The translations under genes and the position numbers were made by a program. A stretch of 64,000 nucleotides of DNA from an uncultured delta proteobacterium (lineage in GTDB: Bacteria; Desulfobacterota; RBG-13-43-22), in assembly GCA_963790475.1 (NCBI GenBank), contig CAWBOS010000015.1, positions 320,001-384,000 on the forward strand, given 5' to 3'. Numbering within the stretch: the stretch's first letter is position 1; every line of letters begins with the position of its first letter. Under the pieces are notes generated by a model. It did no database searches, was not told where the DNA came from, and saw only the letters and a program-made list of their open reading frames with translations. Below, piece after piece: positions 41,344 to 51,228 of this stretch.

Positions 41344-42456
41344 ATGAAACATTTTATCACAGTTGTCGGTATGGATGTACACAAAGATTCCATAGAGATT
41401 GTAATCGCCGAAACCACGGGAACTGAAGAAGTTCGGCATTACGGAAAAATTAACGGCGACATGGCCTCATTGGACAAAGCAGTCAGAAAACTCAAAAGCA
41501 CCAGTAGGGAACTGCACTTTGTCTATGAAGCTGGGCCATGCGGCTATGAGATTTACCGTCACCTATCCTCGCAGGGGTTTACTTGTGTGGTCGTTGCCCC
41601 CTCGAAGACTCCCAGACGGAGCGGCGACCGAGTCAAGAACGACCATCGCGATGCCCAGACACTGGCCCGGCTTTATCGGGCCGGGGAGTTAACCCCGGTC
41701 TATGTCCCTCGACCGGACGACGAAGCCATGAGAGATTTGACCCGCGCCCGGGAAGATGCGGTCAAGGCCTTGCGCACTGCTCGTCAACACTTAGGGGCTT
41801 TTCTGCTTCGGTATGGCCATAGGTACCCCGGTAAAACATCCTGGACGCCTGCTCATAGGCGTTGGCTATCGGACGTCACCATGCCCCACCCCGCCCAGCA
41901 GATTACCCTTCAGGAATATATCCACACGGTAAACGAGGGCACCCTGCGAGTCGGTCGTTTAGTTGACCAGAGTCTGAAGCTGTTGCCCCAATGGAGCCTG
42001 GCCCCAGTGGTTGAAGCCCTCCAGGCCCTCAGAGGGGTGGCTCCTATTGTGGCTATAACCACCGTCTCTGAGATCGGCGATATCACTCGTTTTGAGAACC
42101 CCCGGCAGTTCATGGCCTATCTGGGTCTGGTTCCCTCGGAACACTCCAGCGGCCAGTCCGTCAAACGGGGCAGCATCACCAAAACCGGCAATGGCCACGT
42201 AAGGCGCGTTCTCGTTGAAGCGGCGCATGCTTATAGCTATCCGGCCCGGATAAGCAGGTTTCTGCTCAAACGACAACAGGGACTGCCGCAGCCCATCCGG
42301 GAGATCGCCTGGAAGGCCCAGGTTAGACTCTGCGGCCGGTTCCGTAGGCTTATGGCCCAAGGAAAAATGAAAACCAAAGTGGTAACCGCCATCGCCCGCG
42401 AGCTCTCCGGCTTCATATGGGCGATTGCCAGGGAAGTTCAGTTACGAAACGTGTAG
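41344..42456 (+). CDS. IS110 family DEDD transposase/recombinase
   Basis: GMDVHK, YEAG and KNDHRDA (DEDD); YLGLVPSEHSSG serine motif. Confidence 0.97.
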   Translation: MKHFITVVGMDVHKDSIEIVIAETTGTEEVRHYGKINGDMASLDKAVRKLKSTSRELHFVYEAGPCGYEIYRHLSSQGFTCVVVAPSKTPRRSGDRVKNDHRDAQTLARLYRAGELTPVYVPRPDDEAMRDLTRAREDAVKALRTARQHLGAFLLRYGHRYPGKTSWTPAHRRWLSDVTMPHPAQQITLQEYIHTVNEGTLRVGRLVDQSLKLLPQWSLAPVVEALQALRGVAPIVAITTVSEIGDITRFENPRQFMAYLGLVPSEHSSGQSVKRGSITKTGNGHVRRVLVEAAHAYSYPARISRFLLKRQQGLPQPIREIAWKAQVRLCGRFRRLMAQGKMKTKVVTAIARELSGFIWAIAREVQLRNV

Positions 42457-42512
42457 CCTAGGTCAAAAAACAAACCTTCTTAAAGGAGTATAGAGACCAC
42501 CCATTATATCCT

Positions 42513-42704
42513 ATCCAGGGGACCAGCAGAGACGCGACCCCGTTGGGAGAATCCTCGAGGAATCCAAGGAATAAGGTCATCCGAATTTCCGATCCTAGAG
42601 CGAGGCAGCTCCTGTGACGAAGTCAAGTCAGGCGTTCAAAATACGCGAATATCAGAATGATCAAACGTCGCTAAATCGGTCCCGTCTCTGCTTGTGCCCT
42701 GGAT
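42513..42704 (+). ncRNA. Putative bridge/seek RNA
   Basis: 27-bp closing stem (24/27) enclosing two stem-loops with 8-nt matches to target and donor junction. Confidence 0.75.
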
Positions 42705-42774
42705 TAAACTGACAGTCTAACCCTCTACTAGGGCCAGGAAAAATCTTTTCCTCTTGACAACTGTCAGCCATATC

Positions 42775-42799
42775 GGATTCCGGCTTTCGCAGGAATGAC
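42775..42799. repeat. REP-like palindrome, right part
   Basis: GGATTCCGGCTTTCGCAGGAATGAC. Confidence 0.85.
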
Positions 42800-42942
42800 G
42801 GATTAAGACTATTGTAAACCCATTACTAAGAAACTACACTAAGGGTCGATTCTTTTTTTTTCATAAAACATGAGCTAAATCGCCTATCGATAACAAGAAA
42901 ATTCGCAAACGAATAACCTTTGACCGGATTTCTACTCCGGTT

Positions 42943-43545
42943 TTATTGATAACGGATCACAATCCCACCAAACACACTTGTGGCTTCAATTAACAAATAA
43001 TTCTGGTTCTCATCGAAATTTTTGCTTTGATAAGTAGAGGTTCCAAAAGCGCCGGTAACATTCTCCGGTAATTGTACCCCGCCAAAAACAGCCTCCGCTT
43101 TAATGCGAACGGGTGTTGTTTCACTTAAAATGACCTCCGCGCCACCAAAGACGACCTTGATCTTTATTGGGGTAACTCTTTCCTTAAGTTCGACACCTCT
43201 CAAATCAATAAAGGCCTTCCCGAATAAGGCATTATACTCTTTTGAATCTCCGGAGAGGCCTCGGTAAGTCCTCTCCTGAAATAGGACATTTCCGGCTTTT
43301 CCCTGACAGGAAGGGAAAGAAATACAACTACCAAAAATAATTTTCAGACCGATAAAAATGAGAATCAAACCGAAAAGGACCTTGAATATCGGAATGTGGA
43401 TATTGAAAATAACATTGACAATGATTCCCAAACCTAAAAGAATAATTAAAATTCCAATGAACAGTCCCAGTCCCATTTTCATAACCTCCTCCTCATTTTT
43501 AATATCGGATTTCCTTTGGGGATGGAAAGAGTATAAGATAGGCAT
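42943..43545 (-). CDS. LiaF/DUF2154-like membrane protein
   Basis: Two TM helices, then repeated (V/L)FG(G) beta-repeats; true start likely MKMGLG near 43482. Confidence 0.75.
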   Translation of the reverse strand: MPILYSFHPQRKSDIKNEEEVMKMGLGLFIGILIILLGLGIIVNVIFNIHIPIFKVLFGLILIFIGLKIIFGSCISFPSCQGKAGNVLFQERTYRGLSGDSKEYNALFGKAFIDLRGVELKERVTPIKIKVVFGGAEVILSETTPVRIKAEAVFGGVQLPENVTGAFGTSTYQSKNFDENQNYLLIEATSVFGGIVIRYQ

Positions 43546-43727
43546 AATGAGGGATCAAGGAGAAAAATACAATAGGGGCAAACCGGAGGAAAGGGGCGTG
43601 AATAAGGGGGGCAAAGGATTCTAGGCCCGGCGGAATCCGTATTTGACAATTCTTTTCAGAAACGGTAGCTTGACCTTACTCTATTAAGATGAATAGATTC
43701 TTTAGTAATACTTTCAGATAAGGAAGA

Positions 43728-44399
43728 ATGAATATGAGCGATCAGGTCAGAAAAAATAATCTCGAAGAATGGGATGCCCTTTTGATCAATCTATTCCAAG
43801 GCCGGATTCCTGAAAGCCGCTCCTGGACAGAAAAAAAAGATATTATGAAGACCCTTCAATTATTAGGCGGTAAGCCAAACCTTAGTCGGGTATTTTTCCC
43901 TGACGGAGGCGGCCTTGATTTAAAGGGGGCTGCCGACTCGGCTGAGCCGGATTGCATCGCACTTCATTTTGTTGAAAACCCGCCAGGTATTGTAAAACCT
44001 AAGGTTTTGATCTTTCAATCTTTCGATAAGCCTTACGAATGGGCCTATTTTCGATTGGAAACCAAAGGTCTTGATCCCAGTGGTTGGTATGAGAATTTGA
44101 CGGGAATAAAGGAGGAGCTGACTGAACTCCGCCCCGGAGAATATATTCATCGATCCTATTGGGATGCGGGCTATTACGAATTTGATGAAACCGGTAGGGA
44201 ACTACCCTTGCCCGGCACGGCAAGAATCGTATTTCGATATCTTTCAGGTTCTTTTTTGTTTTTCGCCAAGGCCTCTCCTTATAATGAAGTCCTTTCAACG
44301 GATGACGAACCCCATTTAAAAATGACCCAAGAGGAGTTTAAGGAGTACATCGGCGGTAAGGCAAAGACGCTTAAAAAGAAGTCGGGTGGGTTATGTTAA
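43728..44399 (+). CDS. Hypothetical protein
   Basis: 223-aa ORF with SD; FPDGGGLDL, IVKPK and EWAYFRLE motifs recalled from the C-terminal domain of some Ser/Thr kinases. Confidence 0.7.
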   Translation: MNMSDQVRKNNLEEWDALLINLFQGRIPESRSWTEKKDIMKTLQLLGGKPNLSRVFFPDGGGLDLKGAADSAEPDCIALHFVENPPGIVKPKVLIFQSFDKPYEWAYFRLETKGLDPSGWYENLTGIKEELTELRPGEYIHRSYWDAGYYEFDETGRELPLPGTARIVFRYLSGSFLFFAKASPYNEVLSTDDEPHLKMTQEEFKEYIGGKAKTLKKKSGGLC

Positions 44400-45307
44400 A
44401 AATCGTGGATATAAAAAAAGAATCCCCTGTCCGGACAAAACCGGCCTCAACCGTTGTTCTTGTCCGGGATCATGACCAGGAACTCCAAGTCTACTTGCTC
44501 AAACGAAGCACGGGGAGTGGGTTTTTCCCTGGCAGTTATGTCTTTCCCGGAGGCGCCCTGAATCCGGATGATGGAGATTCCGAATTCTGGCAACCGCATA
44601 TCGATTTGTCATCAGAAGATCTCCTAAAGGTTTTTGGTCCCGGACAGAATATGGCAGAAATCATTGCCTACGGGCTGGCCGCCATACGAGAGACCTTTGA
44701 AGAGGCCGGGGTTTTTTTGGCCCGAAAAAAGGCAGATAGAAATGAGTTTGGGGGAAGCATCAGCGAGAGACCTTCCGCCGAAAAGCTCGATGAGCGATGG
44801 TTTCGCAGGAAAGTCTCAGAGGAAGGCTGGAGTCTTTCCTTTTCGAACCTTTTCCCCTGGTCCCGCTGGATTACTCCCGAGCCCATGCCCAAACGATTTG
44901 ATACCCGTTTTTTTGCAGCCCTCATGCCTGAAGGCCAGGAGTGTGTCCCGGATAACCATGAAACCGTTCATGGGCTTTGGGTCAGCCCGATTAAGGGCCT
45001 CCAGGGAAATATACGGGGGGAGATTCCTCTCAGTCCCCCAACCTTGGTCACCCTACACGAGTTGTTGAAGTTTGGAACGTTGGCAAGCCTTACCCAGACT
45101 AATCGATCCCTATCCTGGGGGGAGCCGCGCCAGCCGATCCAAATAAGATTGGATAGGGGGGTTGTCATTGTGCAACCTTGGGACCTTCATTATGGAAAAC
45201 CGATTGAAATCGATCCGGAGGGCCTGCCCCGGAAGGTGATCCCTGCCGGCGAACCCTTCTCTCGTCTCTGGCTGGATCAGGGAATCTGGCGACCGGTGAG
45301 GGCTTGA
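44393..45307 (+). CDS. NUDIX hydrolase (NUDT19-like)
   Basis: YVFPGG, AIRETFEEAG and RWITP...RFDTRFF motifs. Confidence 0.9.
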   Translation: MLKIVDIKKESPVRTKPASTVVLVRDHDQELQVYLLKRSTGSGFFPGSYVFPGGALNPDDGDSEFWQPHIDLSSEDLLKVFGPGQNMAEIIAYGLAAIRETFEEAGVFLARKKADRNEFGGSISERPSAEKLDERWFRRKVSEEGWSLSFSNLFPWSRWITPEPMPKRFDTRFFAALMPEGQECVPDNHETVHGLWVSPIKGLQGNIRGEIPLSPPTLVTLHELLKFGTLASLTQTNRSLSWGEPRQPIQIRLDRGVVIVQPWDLHYGKPIEIDPEGLPRKVIPAGEPFSRLWLDQGIWRPVRA

Positions 45308-45341
45308 AAACCCCCTTCATTTTCAGTCAACAAGAAAACCC

Positions 45342-45785
45342 TTAGAGACCTATAGGAGTGATTTGGTATTTAAACTCATAGCCGAATGAATTGGACAAGG
45401 CTTCTATCCTTTTCCTTATTTCCTGAAAATCAAACTTATAAGAATAGTCTTTCCCGAGGAGACGGGATTGTTCTTCTATGGTCCCCTCTCGTCCTCCGGT
45501 GCCACTTTTGTAAACTTCTTTTTTAAAACCAAACCCTGAGGATATCTCTCCGTCAAATCCCCCCCCGGCCGAAAGCCCAGCCCCTGATTCTTTCAGCATT
45601 TCGGTGAATTTTATCTCCTTTAGCTGATCATCAACTCGAAGTTTAGCTGTGTACTGGAGCTTCTTTTTGGTTAGAAAGGCTTTTCTTTCGGCTATGACTA
45701 ATGAAAGACCCAAGACCCCTTTCTTCTCTGTTATTTCCGCCTGGATCGTTGAGGCATAATTTTTTATTTCGTCAAGTAAAGTCAT
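45342..45785 (-). CDS. Hypothetical protein
   Basis: 147-aa ORF with GGGGAG SD; no recognised function. Confidence 0.7.
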   Translation of the reverse strand: MTLLDEIKNYASTIQAEITEKKGVLGLSLVIAERKAFLTKKKLQYTAKLRVDDQLKEIKFTEMLKESGAGLSAGGGFDGEISSGFGFKKEVYKSGTGGREGTIEEQSRLLGKDYSYKFDFQEIRKRIEALSNSFGYEFKYQITPIGL

Positions 45786-45906
45786 TTTCTCCCCCCTTTT
45801 TTGAATTATTCCAGGTCACCATCCCCCAAAATTTTCTTTCCAGGAATTTCCTCCCCTTACTGGAGAGACCTTATCTTGATTATTCCGGTAAATGTTGATC
45901 TCTTCT

Positions 45907-47550
45907 CTACCAGGGGTCGACAAAGGCGTGCCCTTCTCCCGATGTTCGTTCAACCGGAACAGATCTAAAGCCCTGCATAATCCATTGGCGGGTATCCGCT
46001 GGATCGATGACCGAATCAATTTCCAGGTATGAAGCCACATTGATGGCCTTTCCCCTTTCATAGGAAAGAGCGACCAATTTATTGTAGAGGGCTTCACGCC
46101 CCTGCGTATCTTTAACGGCCTCCAGCTCCTTTTTAAATCCGGCCTTGACCGCCCCTTCCAGCCCCATTCCTCCGAATTCTCCCGTCGGCCAGGAAGCCGT
46201 AAAGAAAGATTCATGGAATCCGCCCTTGCTCATGGCCATGACCCCGAGACCATAGGCTCTTCGCAATATGACCGTAAAATAAGGTACCGTTATATGAGCA
46301 CCGACTACAAACATCCGGCAGACATGGCGGACCTGGGCGCGTTTTTCGATCTCCGGCCCCACCATGAACCCCGGGGTATCGCACAGAGATAGAATCGGCA
46401 GACCATGGGCGTCGCACAGTTGCATCAGCCTCGCGGCCTTGTCCGCATCTTCCGCTTCAATAGCCCCGGCCGTGTGCATGCAGTTGTTGGCGATAAGACC
46501 GAAAGGTCTTCCTTCGATGCGGACCAGGCCCGTAACCATACCGGGGCCGAATTGGGGCCGAAGCTCAAGAAAGGAGCCTTTATCGGCCAGTGTTTTAATC
46601 ACCTTTCGCACGTCATAAACACGGCGCCGGTTTTCCGGAATCAAATCGCGCAACAAGCGCTGGTCGGCGGCCTCCCATTCAGAAGTCGTTCCCTGAAAGT
46701 AGCCAAGATATTGTTTGGCCACAGCGACCATCTCCATATCATCCGCTACGGCAATATCGACGACGCCGTTTTTAGTCTGCACATCCATCGGGCCGACCTC
46801 CTCCGGTTTGAAGACACCGAGACCGCCGCCTTCGATCATCACCGGCCCGCCCATGCCGATGTTGGAATTCTTGGCGGCGATGATGACATCGCAGCAGCCC
46901 AGTAGGGCGGCATTGCCTGCAAAGCAATAACCCGAAACCAGGCCGACCACCGGGACCCGGCCGCTGAGTCTGGCGAAGGAAGCAAAGGTAGACAAATCCA
47001 GACCCGCCACCATAACACTCCCTTCAGCATCTACATCACCCGGCCTTCCCCCGCCGCCTTCTCCGAAGAAAATCAGGGGCAGGCGTTCCTCATAAGCCAA
47101 TTTCAGCATGCGATCCTTCTTCTTGTGATTAAAAAAACCCTGAGTGCCGGCCAGAACGGTATAATCATAAGCCAAAATCATGCAGCGTCCTTTGTCGTCT
47201 CCGAAAAGCGAGCCGTTGACCGAGCCGATACCGGCAATCATTCCATCGCCGGGGGTCTTGCTGATGAGATCATCCAGGGAACGACGCTTGCGTTGGGCGG
47301 CCAGGGTTAGGGCTCCGTATTCAATGAAGCGGCCGGGGTCGCAGAGATCCATAACGTTGGCCCGGGTCGTGCGCTGGTTTTTTTTCTGCCGTCGTGCCAC
47401 CGCCTCCGGGCGATTCTCGTCCAAACCAAAAGAATGCCGATGGATCACCTCGGCCAGTTCAGGGCGCAGGGGATGAATGCCCTTCTCTTTATCATCGGGT
47501 CGGGAGCTATCGACTGCCGCCCCTCTTTCTTTATCTTTAGATGTTTTCAT
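45907..47550 (-). CDS. Acyl-CoA carboxylase, carboxyltransferase domain
   Basis: YDYTVLAGTQG, GGGGRPGD and DTPGFMVGP motifs. Confidence 0.92.
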   Translation of the reverse strand: MKTSKDKERGAAVDSSRPDDKEKGIHPLRPELAEVIHRHSFGLDENRPEAVARRQKKNQRTTRANVMDLCDPGRFIEYGALTLAAQRKRRSLDDLISKTPGDGMIAGIGSVNGSLFGDDKGRCMILAYDYTVLAGTQGFFNHKKKDRMLKLAYEERLPLIFFGEGGGGRPGDVDAEGSVMVAGLDLSTFASFARLSGRVPVVGLVSGYCFAGNAALLGCCDVIIAAKNSNIGMGGPVMIEGGGLGVFKPEEVGPMDVQTKNGVVDIAVADDMEMVAVAKQYLGYFQGTTSEWEAADQRLLRDLIPENRRRVYDVRKVIKTLADKGSFLELRPQFGPGMVTGLVRIEGRPFGLIANNCMHTAGAIEAEDADKAARLMQLCDAHGLPILSLCDTPGFMVGPEIEKRAQVRHVCRMFVVGAHITVPYFTVILRRAYGLGVMAMSKGGFHESFFTASWPTGEFGGMGLEGAVKAGFKKELEAVKDTQGREALYNKLVALSYERGKAINVASYLEIDSVIDPADTRQWIMQGFRSVPVERTSGEGHAFVDPW

Positions 47551-47778
47551 GGGCTACACCTTTCCTACGGTTGATGTTCATCTTTTTGATAATTTATACA
47601 ATAATCCGGTAAGCATATCAAGAAAACGATTAGGTCAATAGGTGTGGACCGAAGACCCCTGAATCTTCCCCGAGAAATTGTTGTTGCCTGGAAGATCAGA
47701 CCCTGCTTATAATATTTTCGAAGGGGCTCTCCCTGAGTTGCTTCCCTTTTCCTAATAACGACAGAAATGGAGAAATAA

Positions 47779-48063
47779 ATGGAAAACACAAAAAATGAAC
47801 CGCAACCGGTTCAAATAAATACCGGCGACGAGCTGTCCAGGGGCCGGTACAGCAATACCATGCTGGTCACCCACGGGCCGGAGGAGTTCATGATAGATTG
47901 GTTGCTTCATTCGCCCAACGGGGCGCATCTGGTATCGCGGATCATAGTTTCTCCCAGCCATATGAAACGGATTGTAAAGGCCCTCCAGGAAAATCTCGAT
48001 AAATTTGAACAAAATTTCGGAGAAATAAAAATTGCCGATCCACCGACAACGATGATGCAATAG
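47779..48063 (+). CDS. DUF3467 family protein
   Basis: GRYSN...HGPEEF.ID and SRIIVSP.H.KR...FGEI motifs. Confidence 0.85.
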   Translation: MENTKNEPQPVQINTGDELSRGRYSNTMLVTHGPEEFMIDWLLHSPNGAHLVSRIIVSPSHMKRIVKALQENLDKFEQNFGEIKIADPPTTMMQ

Positions 48064-48287
48064 AGATTATTGACCCCAAAATTATAAAAAAATCCCCCTG
48101 AGAATAATTTTTCTTGCGATGGGGGCTTGATTTGTGGTTTAATTCTTCTTAAAGTATACAAAACTAGTCCACCAACCATCTCTCTTCCGGTGGAGATTTT
48201 TAACCCTGACAGAAATTTTTCTGGACAGCGGCAAGATATAAAAAAAGATAAAAATTGACTGACATTTTTTCTTAGGAAGGAGGGACT

Positions 48288-48734
48288 ATGATCCAGACTA
48301 AAGTTCTTCTTGTGGATGACGAACGGGAGAATATTCGCTATTTGACCACCATCCTTGAGGAAAACGGTTTTAAAAACATTTTCAGTGCAGCCAATGGCGA
48401 GGAGGGTCTTAAACAGGTGGAGGCCGTAAACCCCGGTCTGATCGTGCTTGATATCCGCATGCCCAGGAAAAGCGGTATCCAGATGTTTAATGATTTGAAA
48501 ACGGTTTCGAGGTTTAAGGATATCCCGATTATCGTTTTGACCGGAGAAGGGGAATTTTTAAAACGCCTGCATGCCTTGCGCACCTTCCACGAAGGGGATG
48601 AAGTCAAGTTGGATAAACCGGCTGAAGAAGCCTTGGCCCGATTAATTGATGATCGTCCGCAAGCCTTTCTGGAAAAACCTATAGAACCGGAAGCCTTTAT
48701 GGAAACGGTTCGGAAGGTTCTATCCAAGGGATGA
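48288..48734 (+). CDS. Single-domain response regulator
   Basis: LLVDD, VLDIRMP, LTG and EKP motifs, with an insertion before the KP. Confidence 0.9.
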   Translation: MIQTKVLLVDDERENIRYLTTILEENGFKNIFSAANGEEGLKQVEAVNPGLIVLDIRMPRKSGIQMFNDLKTVSRFKDIPIIVLTGEGEFLKRLHALRTFHEGDEVKLDKPAEEALARLIDDRPQAFLEKPIEPEAFMETVRKVLSKG

Positions 48735-48865
48735 AAAGGATACCCGGGACCTCATTCGGCCGTTGGGCAGACCGACAGGTCAAGGAGTCAGGTGATCAAT
48801 TTGGAGTTCTTTCTCTTAGCCTTAAAATCTACTTTTCAAAGTAGATTGAGAGGAGTTCCGCTTTA

Positions 48866-50452
48866 ATGCCGCCAGAGGATTATAATCAGGGGAAAAAATC
48901 TGCCGCGAATCATTCGGCCGTCGAAAGTTCAGCAGGTCCGGTGATCCGCCGCGGCACTCAAGCCCGGCTCCCACTTAAAATGGGGATTATCGGAGGAGGG
49001 AAGGCTTGTGACGACCTTCTGACACTTCTTGTCGAGGAGCATGTAAGCCCCCTGAATATTGAAATTTTAGGGGTGTCCGACCCTAATCCCGAGGCCCCGG
49101 GTTTGATTCATGCCCGCCGCTTGTCAATTTATACCACGCCGGATTTTCAACAATTATACAATCTCCCCGGTCTCAACTTTCTAATCGAACTGACAGGTTC
49201 CAACGCGGTTCGGAAACAGGTCATTGAAACCAAACCTTTTGAAATCAGCTTTATGGACCACCGCAGCTCCCGCCTGTTATGGGACCTCCTGCAAATCAAT
49301 ACCGAGAAATACCAATTACAGTTGGGGGAGATCGCCCTTCAGGAAGAAGTGCGACGGCACAAAGAGTATTTGGAAAACATAGTTATCAACTCCTCAGATA
49401 TGATTATCACCACCGATTTGGAGCGGAATATCGTCACTTTTAATCCCGCCGGACAACGGATGTTGGGTTATTCTCCGGTGGAGATGCGGGGCAAAAAGGT
49501 GGAAGACATTTGGGTCAATCCGGAAGAAAGGGAACGGCTGCTTTCCTTGGTTTTCTCCCAGGGAGCAGTTGACAATTTTCCCACCACCTTGATGGCCAAA
49601 AACGGGCAAGGGGTTGACATCAGCCTTTCCTTATCCCTTTTAAGGGACAATACCGGCCAGGTTATTGGGACCGTTGGCATCAGTAAGGACGTGACCGAGG
49701 AAAACCGTCTTCGGCGTCAATTAATTGAAAATGAACGATTGGCGGCCATTGGGCAGACCGTAGCCGAATTGGCCCATTGTATTAAGAATATTTTAAACGG
49801 CCTGAAGGGAGGGTCTTACCTGATCAATGTTGGGCTCAAGCGAAAGGAAAACGGGTTGGTTGCTGAAGGTTGGCAAACCGTACAAAAAGGGATTTCCCGG
49901 ATCAGCCGTCTGAGCTTGGATATGCTCAATTATTCTCACGACCGGAAACCGGATTTACAACCGGTCGACCCCTTTCTATTGGCCAAAGAAGCCACAGATA
50001 TGGTTTTTCAAGCTGCTCTTCTGGAGGGGATTGAGGTCAACCTCAACGGTCAGGAAGGACCACTCGTGCTTTTGGATTCAACGCAAATAGGAAGAGCCCT
50101 GATGAATTTAATCGATAATGCCATCGATGCCTGCCGGGAGAAGGACTATTTAGACAATGAAAAACCTCGGGTAGAAGTTACGGTGGACCGGGGGGATAAT
50201 GAGGTCCAGTTTATTGTCCGGGACAATGGAACGGGGATGGATGCCGAAGTACAAGGCCAGTTATTTAAACGGTTTTACAGCACCAAGGATTCCGGAGGAA
50301 CCGGACTTGGGCTCCCGGTAACCCAAAAAATCGTCAACGAACATCGAGGCATCTTGAAATGGGTATCAGGTCCCGGAAAGGGATCGGCCTTTTCTCTCGT
50401 TTTACCTATTTACTTACCGGACTCTTCAAATGGAAAAACCTCGAAACAGTAA
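48866..50452 (+). CDS. PAS sensor histidine kinase with N-terminal Rossmann-like domain
   Basis: GIIGGG start, PAS domain, LAHCIKN H-box, N/G1/F/G2 boxes. Confidence 0.92.
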   Translation: MPPEDYNQGKKSAANHSAVESSAGPVIRRGTQARLPLKMGIIGGGKACDDLLTLLVEEHVSPLNIEILGVSDPNPEAPGLIHARRLSIYTTPDFQQLYNLPGLNFLIELTGSNAVRKQVIETKPFEISFMDHRSSRLLWDLLQINTEKYQLQLGEIALQEEVRRHKEYLENIVINSSDMIITTDLERNIVTFNPAGQRMLGYSPVEMRGKKVEDIWVNPEERERLLSLVFSQGAVDNFPTTLMAKNGQGVDISLSLSLLRDNTGQVIGTVGISKDVTEENRLRRQLIENERLAAIGQTVAELAHCIKNILNGLKGGSYLINVGLKRKENGLVAEGWQTVQKGISRISRLSLDMLNYSHDRKPDLQPVDPFLLAKEATDMVFQAALLEGIEVNLNGQEGPLVLLDSTQIGRALMNLIDNAIDACREKDYLDNEKPRVEVTVDRGDNEVQFIVRDNGTGMDAEVQGQLFKRFYSTKDSGGTGLGLPVTQKIVNEHRGILKWVSGPGKGSAFSLVLPIYLPDSSNGKTSKQ

Positions 50453-51137
50453 TAACTGTCGAATGGCTGAAGGACCAAACATTGAAAAGAAGGATTTTTC
50501 GCTTCCCAGAGGAGAAAGGTCCTTCCCCCGGAATCTGTCGCTTTAGCCCAATTGGAGAGTTGAAGACTTACCTTTTGCCCTACCTCTTCGTTCCTAAAAA
50601 GCAGATTCCTTTTCTGCCAGAGAGAACCTCTAATAACTCCTTGTCTCTCCAGTTCCATTACTTCTATGACTTGAACGGTGGTCAATGGGAAGGCTGTGGA
50701 CATAGTATAATCATTAATCGACAGGATGTTATCCTAATCCCTGGCGTTATGGACGGTCTTCGGGATTCCCTTTCTGATAGAAGGCAGAAAAAGATCCGAC
50801 GAGTTCGATTTATAGAGGATTCTCCCTAAATATTGTCCATCCCTATATAAAAAAATCCCCTGGATGTTGTTCCAATTTACTTTTTTTGGGTCCGGACGTC
50901 AATCTGATTTTGTTAGAGGCCCCCTTCCGCACCTCTCCTACCCTGGGCAATCGACCGGGAAGGTCTGGTTCTACTTTAGGCCATTACTACAGATAAGTCC
51001 TTTCAGGCGACTCCAGTGTCATCTTAAAGCTTCTCTTTTGGGGTTTTCTTTCTGAATCATGGTCATTTCTTTAATATAACCTTATGATATTAATTAATTT
51101 AAAGAACAGCAGCTCCTTTTCAAATTCTTTAATATTT

Positions 51138-51153
51138 TGGCATACTATTTGAA
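51138..51153 (+). promoter_or_regulatory. Putative sigma54 promoter
   Basis: TGGCATACTATTTGAA; GG-N10-GA, a variant at -12. Confidence 0.5.
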
Positions 51154-51228
51154 GAACATTAATTGTTGCACCTGATCGACCTGATTAAAGCTTGGGTGTA
51201 TCTCACAGCATCCCGGATTAAATAACCG

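Larger units (their letters stand above)
41243..42774 (+). mobile_element. IS110-family, IS1111-type insertion sequence
   Basis: Subterminal inverted repeats ATGGCTGACA (41250) / TGTCAGCCAT (42762), 7 and 3 bp from the inferred ends; no target duplication; removal restores the palindrome. Confidence 0.9.

Noticed and set aside
50359-51055. ORFs in the 780-bp gap after the PAS kinase
   Set aside because: Mutually overlapping, no SD and no motifs; 50410-50703 on the minus strand cannot be fully excluded
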